Notes under the pieces: model-generated
Told to the model about the DNA's origin: nothing
Databases searched by the model: none
Seen by the model: only the letters and a program-made list of their open reading frames with translations
Source of the DNA: Escherichia coli
GTDB taxonomy: Bacteria > Pseudomonadota > Gammaproteobacteria > Enterobacterales > Enterobacteriaceae
DNA length: 64,000 nt
Assembly (NCBI RefSeq): GCF_029227855.1
Contig: NZ_CP074356.1
Reading direction: 5' to 3' (one strand)
In this document: positions 1-10,644 of the stretch, piece by piece
How positions within the stretch are numbered: position 1 is the first letter of the stretch
Layout: each line of letters opens with the position of its first letter
Position numbers and translations under genes: made by a program

Positions 1-655
1 AGGGCAATAAAGGTCAGGATGATGTACTCCAGAGACATGGCGTAAACGCCCTGAAGTGCAAAAATAACGACGCTAATCACGTTAATAATCACCCACAACA
101 GCCAGTTTTCCACATACTTACGCGTCATCAGAATCATTGCCACGATAGATAACACCATCATGCAGGAATCCCAGAACGGGAAAGCGTCCGGTTGCAGTTC
201 AGGCATCACAACCTGTAATCCTAATGCTTGCATGATCATGACTGCCACGCGGGTCAAAAATGCAAACACCGGATTGATAAATACCGTCATCAGACCAATC
301 GAAACAACGCAAACCGCCAACCAGCTTAGCGCCTTCGGCAATGGCAACCAGCGAATTTTCAACTCCGCCTCGTTCTGACTGGTTTGTCGCGACCACGCAT
401 ACCAACCGTAAATATTCGCGGCAAAGAAAAACACCTGTAATAGCAGGCTGGCATACAGCTGAATCTGAAAGAAAATAATGCCAAACAAGGTGACGTTGAT
501 CAGGCCAAAGAAGTAGTTGCTGATCTTCTCCAGACTGGCAAGGCCAATACACAGCAACCCGGCGATCGTGCCTACCGCTTCGATCCATGAGAGATCATAA
601 CCGCCTGCTCCTATTGGTATATGTACCAGGATATTCTGCACACTAAAAAAATCCA
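1..655 (-). CDS. pnuC: Nicotinamide riboside transporter PnuC (partial; 3' end runs off the window start)
   Basis: Minus-strand frame open from ATG (complement of 653-655) to the window edge; translation begins MDFFSVQNILVHIPIGAGG, hydrophobic multi-pass; directly downstream of nadA as in the nadA-pnuC operon. Absent from the ORF track because no stop codon lies inside the window. Confidence 0.85.
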
Positions 656-693
656 TCTTTCCCCCAAAGCGTAACGTTACGCCTTATTATTCG

Positions 694-1737
694 TTATCCA
701 CGTAGTGTAGCCGCAAAATCCAGCATACGATTGAGCGGCACCAGCGCCCTCTCTCGCAGCCTTTCATCAACATGAACCTCGTGATTGCTTCCTTCCTGTT
801 CTAATGCCTCTGCGATGGCCTGAAGGCCATTCATGGCCATCCACGGACAATGCGCGCAGCTGCGGCAGGTTGCACCCTCACCTGCGGTTGGTGCTTCCAG
901 TAACTCTTTATCTGGCACCGCCTGCTGCATTTTGTAGAAAATACCCCGATCGGTTGCCACAATAAGCCTCTGATGTGGCAATGTTTTCGCAGCAGCGATC
1001 AGTTGACTGGTGGAACCGACCGCATCCGCCATATCGACAATAGCTTGTGGTGATTCTGGATGCACCAGTATGGCAGCATCCGGGTATTCTTCTTGCAAGC
1101 GGGTTAACGCCTGAGTCTTAAATTCATCATGCACAATGCAGGCACCCTGCCAGCATAAAATGTCTGCGCCCGTCTGTTTTTGCACGTAACGCCCCAGATG
1201 TTTGTCGGGTGCCCAGATGATTTTTTCACCCAAACTATCCAGATGATCAATAAGTTCGACGGCAATGCTTGAAGTTACCACCCAATCTGCCCGCGCTTTT
1301 ACCGCAGCAGAAGTGTTGGCGTAGACGACGACAGTATGATCGGGATGGGCATCGCAAAATGCGTTAAATTCTTCAACAGGGCAGCCGAGATCCAGTGAAC
1401 ATTCAGCCTGAAGTGTCGGCATCAGAATTGTTTTTTCCGGACTGAGAATTTTGGCGGTTTCTCCCATAAATCTCACCCCAGCGACTAACAACGTAGAAGC
1501 GGGATGCTTTGCACCGAAGCGCGCCATTTCCAGAGAATCAGAAATACAGCCACCGGTTTCTTCTGCCAGTTGTTGAATTTCGGGATCGGTATAGTAATGG
1601 GCAACCATCACCGCATTACGTTCTTTTAGCAGACGTTTTATCTTCTCGCGGTAATACGCTTTTTCATCAATGCTTAACGGCGTCGGCTTCGGGGGGAAAG
1701 GATAAATCGCCGTGTCTGGATCAAACATCACGCTCAT
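694..1737 (-). CDS. nadA: Quinolinate synthase A
   Basis: 347 aa [21 protein letters not shown]..., Cys-containing motifs typical of NadA; synteny with pnuC and the lysT tRNA cluster. Confidence 0.95.
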   Translation of the reverse strand: MSVMFDPDTAIYPFPPKPTPLSIDEKAYYREKIKRLLKERNAVMVAHYYTDPEIQQLAEETGGCISDSLEMARFGAKHPASTLLVAGVRFMGETAKILSPEKTILMPTLQAECSLDLGCPVEEFNAFCDAHPDHTVVVYANTSAAVKARADWVVTSSIAVELIDHLDSLGEKIIWAPDKHLGRYVQKQTGADILCWQGACIVHDEFKTQALTRLQEEYPDAAILVHPESPQAIVDMADAVGSTSQLIAAAKTLPHQRLIVATDRGIFYKMQQAVPDKELLEAPTAGEGATCRSCAHCPWMAMNGLQAIAEALEQEGSNHEVHVDERLRERALVPLNRMLDFAATLRG

Positions 1738-1809
1738 CTTACCATCTCGTTTTACAGGCTTAACGTTAAAACCGACATGAGCGTAATATTCGCTGTTATC
1801 GGTGTAATT

Positions 1810-1827
1810 TGTTTTATATGCTAAACA
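1810..1827. promoter_or_regulatory. Candidate NadR operator (NAD box) in the nadA promoter
   Basis: TGTTTT-ATATGC-TAAACA palindrome, matching the TGTTTA-N6-TAAACA NadR consensus, about 75 bp upstream of the nadA start codon. Confidence 0.55.
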
Positions 1828-1983
1828 AGATAGTCGAATGGTGGGGAAAAGTCACTCGAATTACGTATGAGATGCCGAATGCCACACTTTGCGTCTTATT
1901 TCTCCGACGTAAAGTTGTTTACGCAGCAAACGCGGAGTATGTCATCTGGGTTAAGAATTGAAATTGAGAGATGCCTGAATAGC

Positions 1984-2012
1984 AAAAAAGCGCCTTTAGG
2001 GCGCTTTTTTAC
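1984..2012. terminator. Palindromic rho-independent terminator (distal copy)
   Basis: aaaaaaGCGCCtttagGGCGCtttttt: GC stem flanked by A-run and T-run, so it can act in both directions; exact second copy at 2140-2168. Confidence 0.6.
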
Positions 2013-2014
2013 AT

Positions 2015-2139
2015 TGGTGGGTCGTGCAGGATGACTCGCTTCGCTCGCCCTACGGGCCGTCGCCGCGAGCGGCTCCGTTATTTCGCTGCGCTCAACTCGA
2101 ACCTGCTGCAGGTTCGAATCTTTGAGTATCGCAGATAGT
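2015..2139 (-). repeat. tRNA-Lys 3'-end fragment plus spacer between the two terminator copies
   Basis: Begins with tggtgggtcgtgcagga (the first 17 nt of the minus-strand tRNA-Lys genes) then diverges; also contains tcgaacctgc. Related fragments at 2404 and 2897. Confidence 0.5.
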
Positions 2140-2168
2140 AAAAAAGCGCCTTTAGGGCGCTTTTTTAC
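2140..2168 (-). terminator. Rho-independent terminator immediately downstream of the last tRNA-Lys gene
   Basis: Same palindrome as 1984-2012, starting 3 nt after the tRNA 3' end on the transcribed (minus) strand. Confidence 0.7.
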
Positions 2169-2170
2169 AT

Positions 2171-2246
2171 TGGTGGGTCGTGCAGGATTCGAACCTGCGA
2201 CCAATTGATTAAAAGTCAACTGCTCTACCAACTGAGCTAACGACCC
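2171..2246 (-). tRNA. lysQ: tRNA-Lys (UUU anticodon)
   Basis: 76 nt exact match to the canonical E. coli tRNA-Lys gene sequence (reverse complement GGGTCGTTAGCTCAGTTGGTAGAGCAGTTGACTTTTAATCAATTGGTCGCAGGTTCGAATCCTGCACGACCCACCA); symbol assigned by position in the cluster. Confidence 0.95.
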
Positions 2247-2279
2247 CTTGCGGGATTATGCTGCTTTAATCATTCAGGA

Positions 2280-2355
2280 TGGTGGGTCGTGCAGGATTCG
2301 AACCTGCGACCAATTGATTAAAAGTCAACTGCTCTACCAACTGAGCTAACGACCC
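2280..2355 (-). tRNA. lysZ: tRNA-Lys (UUU anticodon)
   Basis: Identical 76 nt tRNA-Lys sequence; symbol by cluster order. Confidence 0.95.
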
Positions 2356-2403
2356 ATACGGGTGTTACCTGAAAGATTTCTACTCGGAACCAATCTTTAA
2401 AAT

Positions 2404-2501
2404 TGGTGGGTCGTGCAGGATGACTCGCTTCGCTCGCCCTACGGGCCGTTGCTGGCGCAACGTTATCCTTCACGCTTAACATCTGAGTTTGATGTTAAAA
2501 T
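2404..2501 (-). repeat. Inter-tRNA spacer repeat containing a tRNA-Lys 3' fragment
   Basis: tggtgggtcgtgcaggatgactcgcttcgctcgccctacgggccgttgctggcgcaacgttatccttcacg; near-identical copy at 2897-2996. Confidence 0.5.
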
Positions 2502-2577
2502 TGGTGGGTCGTGCAGGATTCGAACCTGCGACCAATTGATTAAAAGTCAACTGCTCTACCAACTGAGCTAACGACCC
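2502..2577 (-). tRNA. lysY: tRNA-Lys (UUU anticodon)
   Basis: Identical 76 nt tRNA-Lys sequence; symbol by cluster order. Confidence 0.95.
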
Positions 2578-2580
2578 GAG

Positions 2581-2656
2581 TGGTGGGTGATGACGGGATC
2601 GAACCGCCGACCCCCTCCTTGTAAGGGAGGTGCTCTCCCAGCTGAGCTAATCACCC
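2581..2656 (-). tRNA. valZ: tRNA-Val (UAC anticodon)
   Basis: 76 nt match to E. coli tRNA-Val (reverse complement GGGTGATTAGCTCAGCTGGGAGAGCACCTCCCTTACAAGGAGGGGGTCGGCGGTTCGATCCCGTCATCACCCACCA). Confidence 0.95.
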
Positions 2657-2707
2657 GATACTGCGCTGGATACTACAAACTACTTCCACCGAACCCACCG
2701 TAATTAG

Positions 2708-2783
2708 TGGTGGGTCGTGCAGGATTCGAACCTGCGACCAATTGATTAAAAGTCAACTGCTCTACCAACTGAGCTAACGACCC
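2708..2783 (-). tRNA. lysW: tRNA-Lys (UUU anticodon)
   Basis: Identical 76 nt tRNA-Lys sequence; symbol by cluster order. Confidence 0.95.
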
Positions 2784-2785
2784 GG

Positions 2786-2861
2786 TGGTGGGTGATGACG
2801 GGATCGAACCGCCGACCCCCTCCTTGTAAGGGAGGTGCTCTCCCAGCTGAGCTAATCACCC
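2786..2861 (-). tRNA. valT: tRNA-Val (UAC anticodon)
   Basis: Identical 76 nt tRNA-Val sequence, 2 nt after the preceding tRNA-Lys. Confidence 0.95.
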
Positions 2862-2896
2862 GATACTACGCTGGATACTACAACTAACTAGGTTAG

Positions 2897-2996
2897 TGGT
2901 GGGTCGTGCAGGATGACTCGACTTCGTCTCGCCCTTCGGGCCGTTGCTGACGCAACGTTATCCTTCACGTTTTACTACCGCTTCCACCTTAGCGAT
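2897..2996 (-). repeat. Inter-tRNA spacer repeat containing a tRNA-Lys 3' fragment
   Basis: Starts tggtgggtcgtgcagga then ...ccgttgctgacgcaacgttatccttcacg, near-identical to 2404-2501. Confidence 0.5.
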
Positions 2997-3072
2997 TGGT
3001 GGGTCGTGCAGGATTCGAACCTGCGACCAATTGATTAAAAGTCAACTGCTCTACCAACTGAGCTAACGACCC
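2997..3072 (-). tRNA. lysT: tRNA-Lys (UUU anticodon), first gene of the cluster
   Basis: Identical 76 nt tRNA-Lys sequence; promoter region lies between 3073 and cpoB. Confidence 0.95.
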
Positions 3073-3236
3073 ACTTTTTCGTTGCTTTCGGTTTGTTTGA
3101 TATCCCGTGGCAACGGCGGCATATATTACTGATTTCAGACTTGAGCGCAACAAAAATTTCGATGTAGATCACTCAACTGCTTATGATTCGCACGACACGA
3201 CCAGAAATAATGCGACTTCTGGTCGTGTGTTATGCA

Positions 3237-4028
3237 TTACATCGCGTTCAGACGTTTTTGTGCCTGTTTAGCGCCATCAGTACCAGGGTATTTACTGATA
3301 ACCTGCTGGTATACGGCTTTCGCTTTTGCGGTGTCACCTTTGTCCTGCATGATGACGCCGACTTTAAACATCGCATCTGCAGCCTTTGGTGACTTCGGAT
3401 AGTTTTTTACTACCGAAGCAAAATAGTACGCCGCATCATCTTTTTTACCCTTGTTGTAGTTTAACTGACCCAGCCAATAATTGGCGTTTGGCAGGTAAGT
3501 TGAATCAGGGTAATTTTTGATGAAATTCTGAAATGCCACCATTGCGTCATCCTGGCGGGATTTATCCTGCACCAGCGCAATTGCTGCATTGTAATCCGTG
3601 TTTGCATCGCCGCTTTTCACCGGCGCGCCAGCATTCGCAGTACCAGCATCAGCTGTCGGCGTCGTTGATGCCGCCGCACCGCTTTGATCACCGCTGGTTG
3701 ATTGCGCCGCTGCACCACCGCTGCTGAGGCTGTCGATCTGCAACAGGATCTGCTTTTGCCGCTCCACGACCTGATTCAGTTGATACTGATTTTCCTGAAT
3801 CTGGCCACGCAGGGAATCAATATCGGATTGATTATCAGAGAGTTGTTGCTGGAGTTGGGTTAAAAGCTGGCTGTGAGCATTTGAAATACGCTCAAGTTGA
3901 GTGACGCGGTCTTCGACCGAGCCTGAGCCGACACTACTGATTGGTGCCTGAGCAAAAGCGGCCCAGGGGGCCGCTATACCAACCAGTAACGACAGACTCA
4001 ATAGTTGATGTCTGAAGTTACTGCTCAT
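3237..4028 (-). CDS. cpoB: Cell division coordinator CpoB (YbgF), TPR-repeat periplasmic protein
   Basis: 263 aa, signal peptide, coiled-coil Q-rich N-terminus and TPR-like C-terminus; downstream of pal. Confidence 0.9.
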   Translation of the reverse strand: MSSNFRHQLLSLSLLVGIAAPWAAFAQAPISSVGSGSVEDRVTQLERISNAHSQLLTQLQQQLSDNQSDIDSLRGQIQENQYQLNQVVERQKQILLQIDSLSSGGAAAQSTSGDQSGAAASTTPTADAGTANAGAPVKSGDANTDYNAAIALVQDKSRQDDAMVAFQNFIKNYPDSTYLPNANYWLGQLNYNKGKKDDAAYYFASVVKNYPKSPKAADAMFKVGVIMQDKGDTAKAKAVYQQVISKYPGTDGAKQAQKRLNAM

Positions 4029-4037
4029 GCAATTCTC

Positions 4038-4583
<546 letters not shown>

Positions 4584-4593
4584 TTAATTATTA

Positions 4594-5886
4594 TCACAGA
4601 TACGGCGACCAGGCAGGGAATTTGACCTGTCCATCAGTTGCCGGAAGACGCGCTTTGAAACGCCCATCTGTAGAAACCAAATTCAGCACGGATCCCATCC
4701 CCTGAGAAGAGCTGTAGATTACCATAGTGCCGTTAGGTGCCAGACTTGGCGTTTCATCCAGGAACGTGGACGACAGAACTTGTACGCCTCCCGTTGCCAG
4801 ATCTTGTTTGGCAATGTGCTGCTGCCCACCATTGGAGCTGACCATTACCATAAATTTACCGTCGCTGCTGACATCCGCATCCTGGTTCTGCGAACCTTCC
4901 CAGGTAATACGTTGTGGCGCACCGCCGTTGATATTCACTTTATAAACCTGTGGACGACCGGCCTGGTCAGAAGTAAATGCCAGGTTCTGGCTGTCCGGGA
5001 ACCAGGTCGGTTCGGTATTGTTACTGCGACCATCCGTCACCTGGCGGATCTGACCAGAAGCCAAATCCATTACGTACAGGTTCAGACTACCGGTTTTCGA
5101 CAAGGCGAATGCCAGTTTGCTGCCGTCTGGCGAGAATGCAGGTGCACCGTTGTGACGCGGGAATGAAGCCACCTGACGTACAGCGCCATTTGCCAGCGTT
5201 TGGATGACCAGCGCGGAACGACCGCTTTCGAAGGTCACATAAGCCAGTTTAGAACCGTCTGGTGACCACGCCGGAGACATCAGCGGCTGCGGTGAACGGT
5301 GAACGACAAACTGGTTGTAACCGTCATAGTCAGATACGCGCAGTTCATACGGGAACTGACCGCCGTTGGTCTGAACAACGTAGGCAATACGGGTACGGAA
5401 CGCACCTTTAATGCCGGTCAGTTTTTCAAACACTTCATCACTGGCGGTATGACCAGCATAACGCAGCCACTGCTTGTTCACTTTGTACGAGTTCTGAGCA
5501 AGTACAGTACCCGGTGCGCCGCCAGTGTCAACAAGTTGATAAGCAACATTGTAAGAACCATCCGGATTCGGAGTGACCTGACCGACAACTACAGCGTCAA
5601 TGCCCAGTGCGGACCATGCAGCTGGTTGTACTTCCTGCGCACTACCCGGCTGCTGTGGCAGACGAGCGCGATCTAACGGATTAAATTTACCGCTGTTACG
5701 CAAGTCAGCAGCAACGATGCCGCCAATATCTTCAGGTGCCGCACCAGGACCCGCCCACTGGAAAGGAACAACACCAATAGGACGACCGGAATCTACACCG
5801 CTGTCGATCACAATGCGGACTTCAGCATGCAGAACTGATGCCCACAGTATGAGAAAACCAAATGCTACTCGTAATGCCTGCTTCAT
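4594..5886 (-). CDS. tolB: Tol-Pal system periplasmic beta-propeller protein TolB
   Basis: [21 protein letters not shown] signal peptide, about 430 aa; synteny. Confidence 0.95.
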   Translation of the reverse strand: MKQALRVAFGFLILWASVLHAEVRIVIDSGVDSGRPIGVVPFQWAGPGAAPEDIGGIVAADLRNSGKFNPLDRARLPQQPGSAQEVQPAAWSALGIDAVVVGQVTPNPDGSYNVAYQLVDTGGAPGTVLAQNSYKVNKQWLRYAGHTASDEVFEKLTGIKGAFRTRIAYVVQTNGGQFPYELRVSDYDGYNQFVVHRSPQPLMSPAWSPDGSKLAYVTFESGRSALVIQTLANGAVRQVASFPRHNGAPAFSPDGSKLAFALSKTGSLNLYVMDLASGQIRQVTDGRSNNTEPTWFPDSQNLAFTSDQAGRPQVYKVNINGGAPQRITWEGSQNQDADVSSDGKFMVMVSSNGGQQHIAKQDLATGGVQVLSSTFLDETPSLAPNGTMVIYSSSQGMGSVLNLVSTDGRFKARLPATDGQVKFPAWSPYL

Positions 5887-6018
5887 CATATCTCCCTTAT
5901 CTGGACCGATGGCCCACGATAATTTAGCAGAATGTTAACAAACTAAAATACACAAAACTACCAGAACCCCGTGGCAACCGGTGCCTGATGTTGACCGTCG
6001 GAACAGTCAACATCGCGA

Positions 6019-7329
6019 TTACGGTTTGAAGTCCAATGGCGCGTTTTTGAACACTTCATATACTGCCTGGCTTGGTGGTTTCGGGATCTTCGCAAGTTTA
6101 GCTGCTGCCAACGCAGCCTGACAAAGTGCGGGATCGCCACCTTCAGGTTTGATATCCAGTAACATACCATCGGGTGCCAGTTTTATGCGCAGCGTACAGG
6201 TTTTGCCTGCATAGGACGATGCGTCATAGAACTTACTTTCGATAGCAGATTTAATCTGCCCGGCATAGTTATTGATATCGGCCCCTGATGCGCCATTGTT
6301 TTTAGTATTACCACTCCCGGCAGGCGAAGCATTGTTCCCTTTCGCCCCTCCCCCCGTTTTCGGTGCATTCTTACCAGAGCTTAGCTCACCGAAAATATCA
6401 TCTGCCTCTGCGGCAGCTTTTGCTGCAGCGGCTTTTTCAGCTGCTGCTTTTGCAGCTGCTGCTTTTGCAGCTGCCGCTTTTTTGTCTGCGGCGGCTTTTT
6501 CTGCCGCTGCTTTCTTATCAGCTGCTGCCTTTTCAGCAGCTGCCTTTTCAGCAGCTGCCTTTTCAGCAGCCGCTTTTTCTGCTGCTTTTTTGTCGGCTGC
6601 AGCTTTCTCTGCTGCCACTTTCTTATCAGCTGCAGCCTTTTCAGCAGCCGCTTTCTTCTCAGCTTCTGCCTTGGCTTTTTCAGCAGCTTCAGTTGCCGCT
6701 TTCTTTCTTGCTTCAGCTGCAGCTGCTTCTGCCGCTTCCGCTTTCTTCTTCAGTGCCGCAGCGGCTGCCTCGGCTTTTTTCTGCGCTTCGGCTGCGGCTT
6801 TGGCGGCTTCTGCTTCTGCTTTTTTCTTCGCGTCTGCAGCCGCTTTCTTCGCAGCTTCTTCCGCAGCTTTAGCATCCGCTTCAGCCTTCGCTTTAGCATC
6901 TTCCGCCGCTTTCGCTGCCGCTTCTTCCGCTTGCTTCTGCTTTAACTCGGCCTGTTTTGCGGCTTCTTCAGCCTGCTTTTTCTGTTCCTGAGCAGCTAAC
7001 CGCTCTTTCTCAAGTTGCTTCAGGCGTTCCTGTTCAGCCGCTTGTTTCTCACGCAGTTCTTCAGCAGCCTGCTGTTCCTTCATCTTGCGCTGCTCATCAG
7101 AACGCTTCGCGCTTGATTCCTGGCTTTGCATGCGTTTGTACTGCTCAACTACCGCACCTGAATCAACCATGACAGCGTCGATGGATGAACCACCGCCGCC
7201 TCCGGCTGAAGCTTCTATATTCTCATCGAACGAACTCCAGATCAGCGCCGCAAATAAGATGACATGCAGCACTGCTGAAATAATTATCGCCCGCTTGAGC
7301 TTGTCGTTTTGTTCGGTTGCCTTTGACAC
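6019..7329 (-). CDS. tolA: Tol-Pal system protein TolA
   Basis: N-terminal TM anchor, long Ala/Lys/Glu-rich helical domain II, globular C-terminal domain III; 436 aa here. Confidence 0.95.
   Translation of the reverse strand: MSKATEQNDKLKRAIIISAVLHVILFAALIWSSFDENIEASAGGGGGSSIDAVMVDSGAVVEQYKRMQSQESSAKRSDEQRKMKEQQAAEELREKQAAEQERLKQLEKERLAAQEQKKQAEEAAKQAELKQKQAEEAAAKAAEDAKAKAEADAKAAEEAAKKAAADAKKKAEAEAAKAAAEAQKKAEAAAAALKKKAEAAEAAAAEARKKAATEAAEKAKAEAEKKAAAEKAAADKKVAAEKAAADKKAAEKAAAEKAAAEKAAAEKAAADKKAAAEKAAADKKAAAAKAAAAKAAAEKAAAAKAAAEADDIFGELSSGKNAPKTGGGAKGNNASPAGSGNTKNNGASGADINNYAGQIKSAIESKFYDASSYAGKTCTLRIKLAPDGMLLDIKPEGGDPALCQAALAAAKLAKIPKPPSQAVYEVFKNAPLDFKP
6400..6960 (-). repeat. Degenerate tandem repeats encoding the Ala/Lys/Glu-rich TolA domain II
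   Basis: Reiterated gcagc(t/c)gc...ttttcagc units visible on the plus strand, encoding (K/E)AAAEKAAAD-type repeats. Confidence 0.7.
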
Positions 7330-7393
7330 TCTCGGTTTCCAAAAACTGTTCGCCTGTTACCCGCTCTCTTTCAAGCAAGGGAAACGCAGATGT

Positions 7394-7822
7394 TTAGATA
7401 GGCTGCGTCATTAAACCAACCGATTTCACACCCGCACTATGTAACAAGTTCAGTGCTTTAATTATTTCATCGTAAGGCACATCTTTTGCGCCACCGATCA
7501 GAAAGACCGTTTTCGGGTTGGCCTTGAAACGGCTGGACACTTCCGCCACCACCTGCTCTGGTGGTAAACGCTCCAGGCGATCTTTCTCAACCACCACGGT
7601 GTACTGACCAATACCAGACACTTCAACAATCACTGGCGGATTATCGTTACTGCTAACCGCCTGTGATTCAGTAGCGTCTGGCAGATCGACCTCCACGCTC
7701 TGGGTGATGATGGGCGCTGTCGCCATAAAGATCAGCAACAGCACCAGCAGTACGTCCAGCAACGGTACAATGTTGATTTCGGACTTGAGATCGCGACGAC
7801 CTCGTCCACGCGCTCTGGCCAT
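7394..7822 (-). CDS. tolR: Tol-Pal system protein TolR
   Basis: 142 aa ExbD/TolR family, single TM; synteny. Confidence 0.95.
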   Translation of the reverse strand: MARARGRGRRDLKSEINIVPLLDVLLVLLLIFMATAPIITQSVEVDLPDATESQAVSSNDNPPVIVEVSGIGQYTVVVEKDRLERLPPEQVVAEVSSRFKANPKTVFLIGGAKDVPYDEIIKALNLLHSAGVKSVGLMTQPI

Positions 7823-7825
7823 GGC

Positions 7826-8919
<1,094 letters not shown>

Positions 8920-9015
8920 TTTACATCCCGGTAATGCAACAAAAGTTAGAGCTTTTAAACGCTGCTACTATACGCGCGCGATTGAGGTTTGGGAATGAGG
9001 GCAAGTTAAGGGAGC

Positions 9016-9053
9016 GTAAAAATTTATGGGCCTGGAGCGGCCCATAATTTTTT
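9016..9053 (-). terminator. Candidate terminator after ybgE (end of the cydAB-cydX-ybgE transcript)
   Basis: ttATGGGCCtggagcGGCCCATaa hairpin flanked by A/T runs. Confidence 0.45.
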
Positions 9054-9068
9054 AAAGAGAATTCTGAT

Positions 9069-9362
9069 TTAAAAGAAGAAGAAAATCAGCCCGACAATGA
9101 GAACAATATCAGCAAGCAATGGGCAAAAAATCCCTTGCCAAAGAACCTTCTGCGGACGAAAGCCCACGCCGTGAATCACACCAGCACAGACGGCCCACAT
9201 CAGCAATAAACCATGCCAGATTTCCAGTTCACTGGTCTTCGCGGCGAAACGTGATGGGTCCCAAAACATACATCCGGCTAACAGAAGCGCCATCACGAAG
9301 GAAAGCGCCCGCAGGGGGCGCTTGTCCATTACCGCATACAAGGTTGCGATAATCTTACTCAT
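9069..9362 (-). CDS. ybgE: Small inner-membrane protein YbgE (cyd operon)
   Basis: 97 aa, hydrophobic; start codon overlaps the cydX stop by 1 nt. Confidence 0.85.
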   Translation of the reverse strand: MSKIIATLYAVMDKRPLRALSFVMALLLAGCMFWDPSRFAAKTSELEIWHGLLLMWAVCAGVIHGVGFRPQKVLWQGIFCPLLADIVLIVGLIFFFF

Positions 9363-9475
9363 CAGATGTCTTCTTGACCGGCTTTGCCTGATTCGACGTG
9401 CTCAAGCGCCAGCGCGGTGATTACCCCAAACGAACAGGCAAGAAGCGTTCCCAGAATCCATGCGAAATACCACAT
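9362..9475 (-). CDS. cydX: Cytochrome bd-I oxidase small subunit CydX
   Basis: 37 aa ORF MWYFAWILGTLLACSFGVITALALEHVESGKAGQEDI found by manual translation; too short for the ORF track; between cydB and ybgE. Confidence 0.85.
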   Translation of the reverse strand: MWYFAWILGTLLACSFGVITALALEHVESGKAGQEDI

Positions 9476-9489
9476 TTTTAGCTCCTTAC

Positions 9490-10629
9490 TTAGTACAGAG
9501 AGTGGGTGTTACGTTCAATATCTTCTTTGGTGATACGACCGAACATTTTCCAGTAACACCAGGCGGTGTAGAGCAGAATGATCGGTACCAGAACCACCGC
9601 AACCCAGGTCATGACGTTAAGCGTCAGCTGGCTGGAAGTTGCATCCCACATTGTCAGACTTGCGTTCATCATGGTGCTGGACGGCATCACAAACGGGAAC
9701 ATTGCGATACCGGCAGTCAGGATGATGCAGGCCAGCGTCAGGGAGGAGAACACAAACGCCCACGCGGCTTTATCCATACGTGCAGTCAGGATGGTCAGCA
9801 GCGGCAGAACCACACCCAGTGCCGGAATAGCCCACAGAATTGGCGTGTTGTTGAAGTTTACCAGCCATGCGCCAGCTTCACGAACCACTTCTTTATTCAG
9901 TGGGTTAGAGGCTGCGTAATGGTCCATTGTCGATTTCACGACATAACCATCGATACCGTACATCACCCATACGCCAGCCAGTGCGAAACAGACCAGTGTC
10001 ACCAGTGCCGCCACCTGAGCCGTTGCACGGGTACGCAGGTGCAGTTCGCCCACGGTACGCATTTGCAGATAGGTTGCGCCCTGAGTAATGATCATCCCTA
10101 CGCTCACCACGCCTGCCAGCAGGCCGAACGGGTTAAGCAGCTGGAAGAAGTTACCGGTGTAGTACAGACGCAGATATTCATCAACGTTGAACGGTACGCC
10201 CTGCAACAGGTTACCGAACGCTACACCAATCACCAGCGGCGGAACGAAGCTACCAATGAAGATGCCCCAGTCCCACATGTTACGCCAGCGGGTTTCTTCA
10301 ATCTTGGAGCGGTAGTCAAAACCGACCGGACGGAAGAACAAAGACGCCAGCACGAGGATCATCGCCACATAGAAGCCGGAGAACGCAGCGGCATAGACCA
10401 TCGGCCAGGCAGCAAAGAGTGCGCCGCCTGCGGTGATCAGCCAAACCTGGTTACCGTCCCAGTGTGGTGCAATGGAGTTAATCATAATTCGACGCTCGGT
10501 GTCGTTACGACCGAGGAAACGGGTGAGCATGCCCACCCCCATGTCGAAACCGTCAGTGACTGCAAAACCAATCAGCAGAACGCCAACCAGCAGCCACCAG
10601 ATAAAACGCAATACTTCATAATCGATCAT
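9490..10629 (-). CDS. cydB: Cytochrome bd-I ubiquinol oxidase subunit II
   Basis: 379 aa polytopic membrane protein; synteny with cydA. Confidence 0.95.
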   Translation of the reverse strand: MIDYEVLRFIWWLLVGVLLIGFAVTDGFDMGVGMLTRFLGRNDTERRIMINSIAPHWDGNQVWLITAGGALFAAWPMVYAAAFSGFYVAMILVLASLFFRPVGFDYRSKIEETRWRNMWDWGIFIGSFVPPLVIGVAFGNLLQGVPFNVDEYLRLYYTGNFFQLLNPFGLLAGVVSVGMIITQGATYLQMRTVGELHLRTRATAQVAALVTLVCFALAGVWVMYGIDGYVVKSTMDHYAASNPLNKEVVREAGAWLVNFNNTPILWAIPALGVVLPLLTILTARMDKAAWAFVFSSLTLACIILTAGIAMFPFVMPSSTMMNASLTMWDATSSQLTLNVMTWVAVVLVPIILLYTAWCYWKMFGRITKEDIERNTHSLY

Positions 10630-10644
10630 TTGACGACTCCTGTC

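Noticed and set aside
1967-1982. 12-mer agatgcctgaat shared between the tRNA terminator region and the inverted repeat at 21330
   Set aside because: Short match without extended flanking similarity; most likely coincidence rather than a repeat family.
1896-2231. 111 aa minus-strand ORF
   Set aside because: Spans the tRNA fragment, both terminator palindromes and a tRNA-Lys gene; not coding.
6272-6991. 239 aa Ala/Ser/Phe-rich plus-strand ORF, and another at 6363-6872
   Set aside because: Antisense to tolA and entirely within its repeat region; low-complexity artefact of the repeats.
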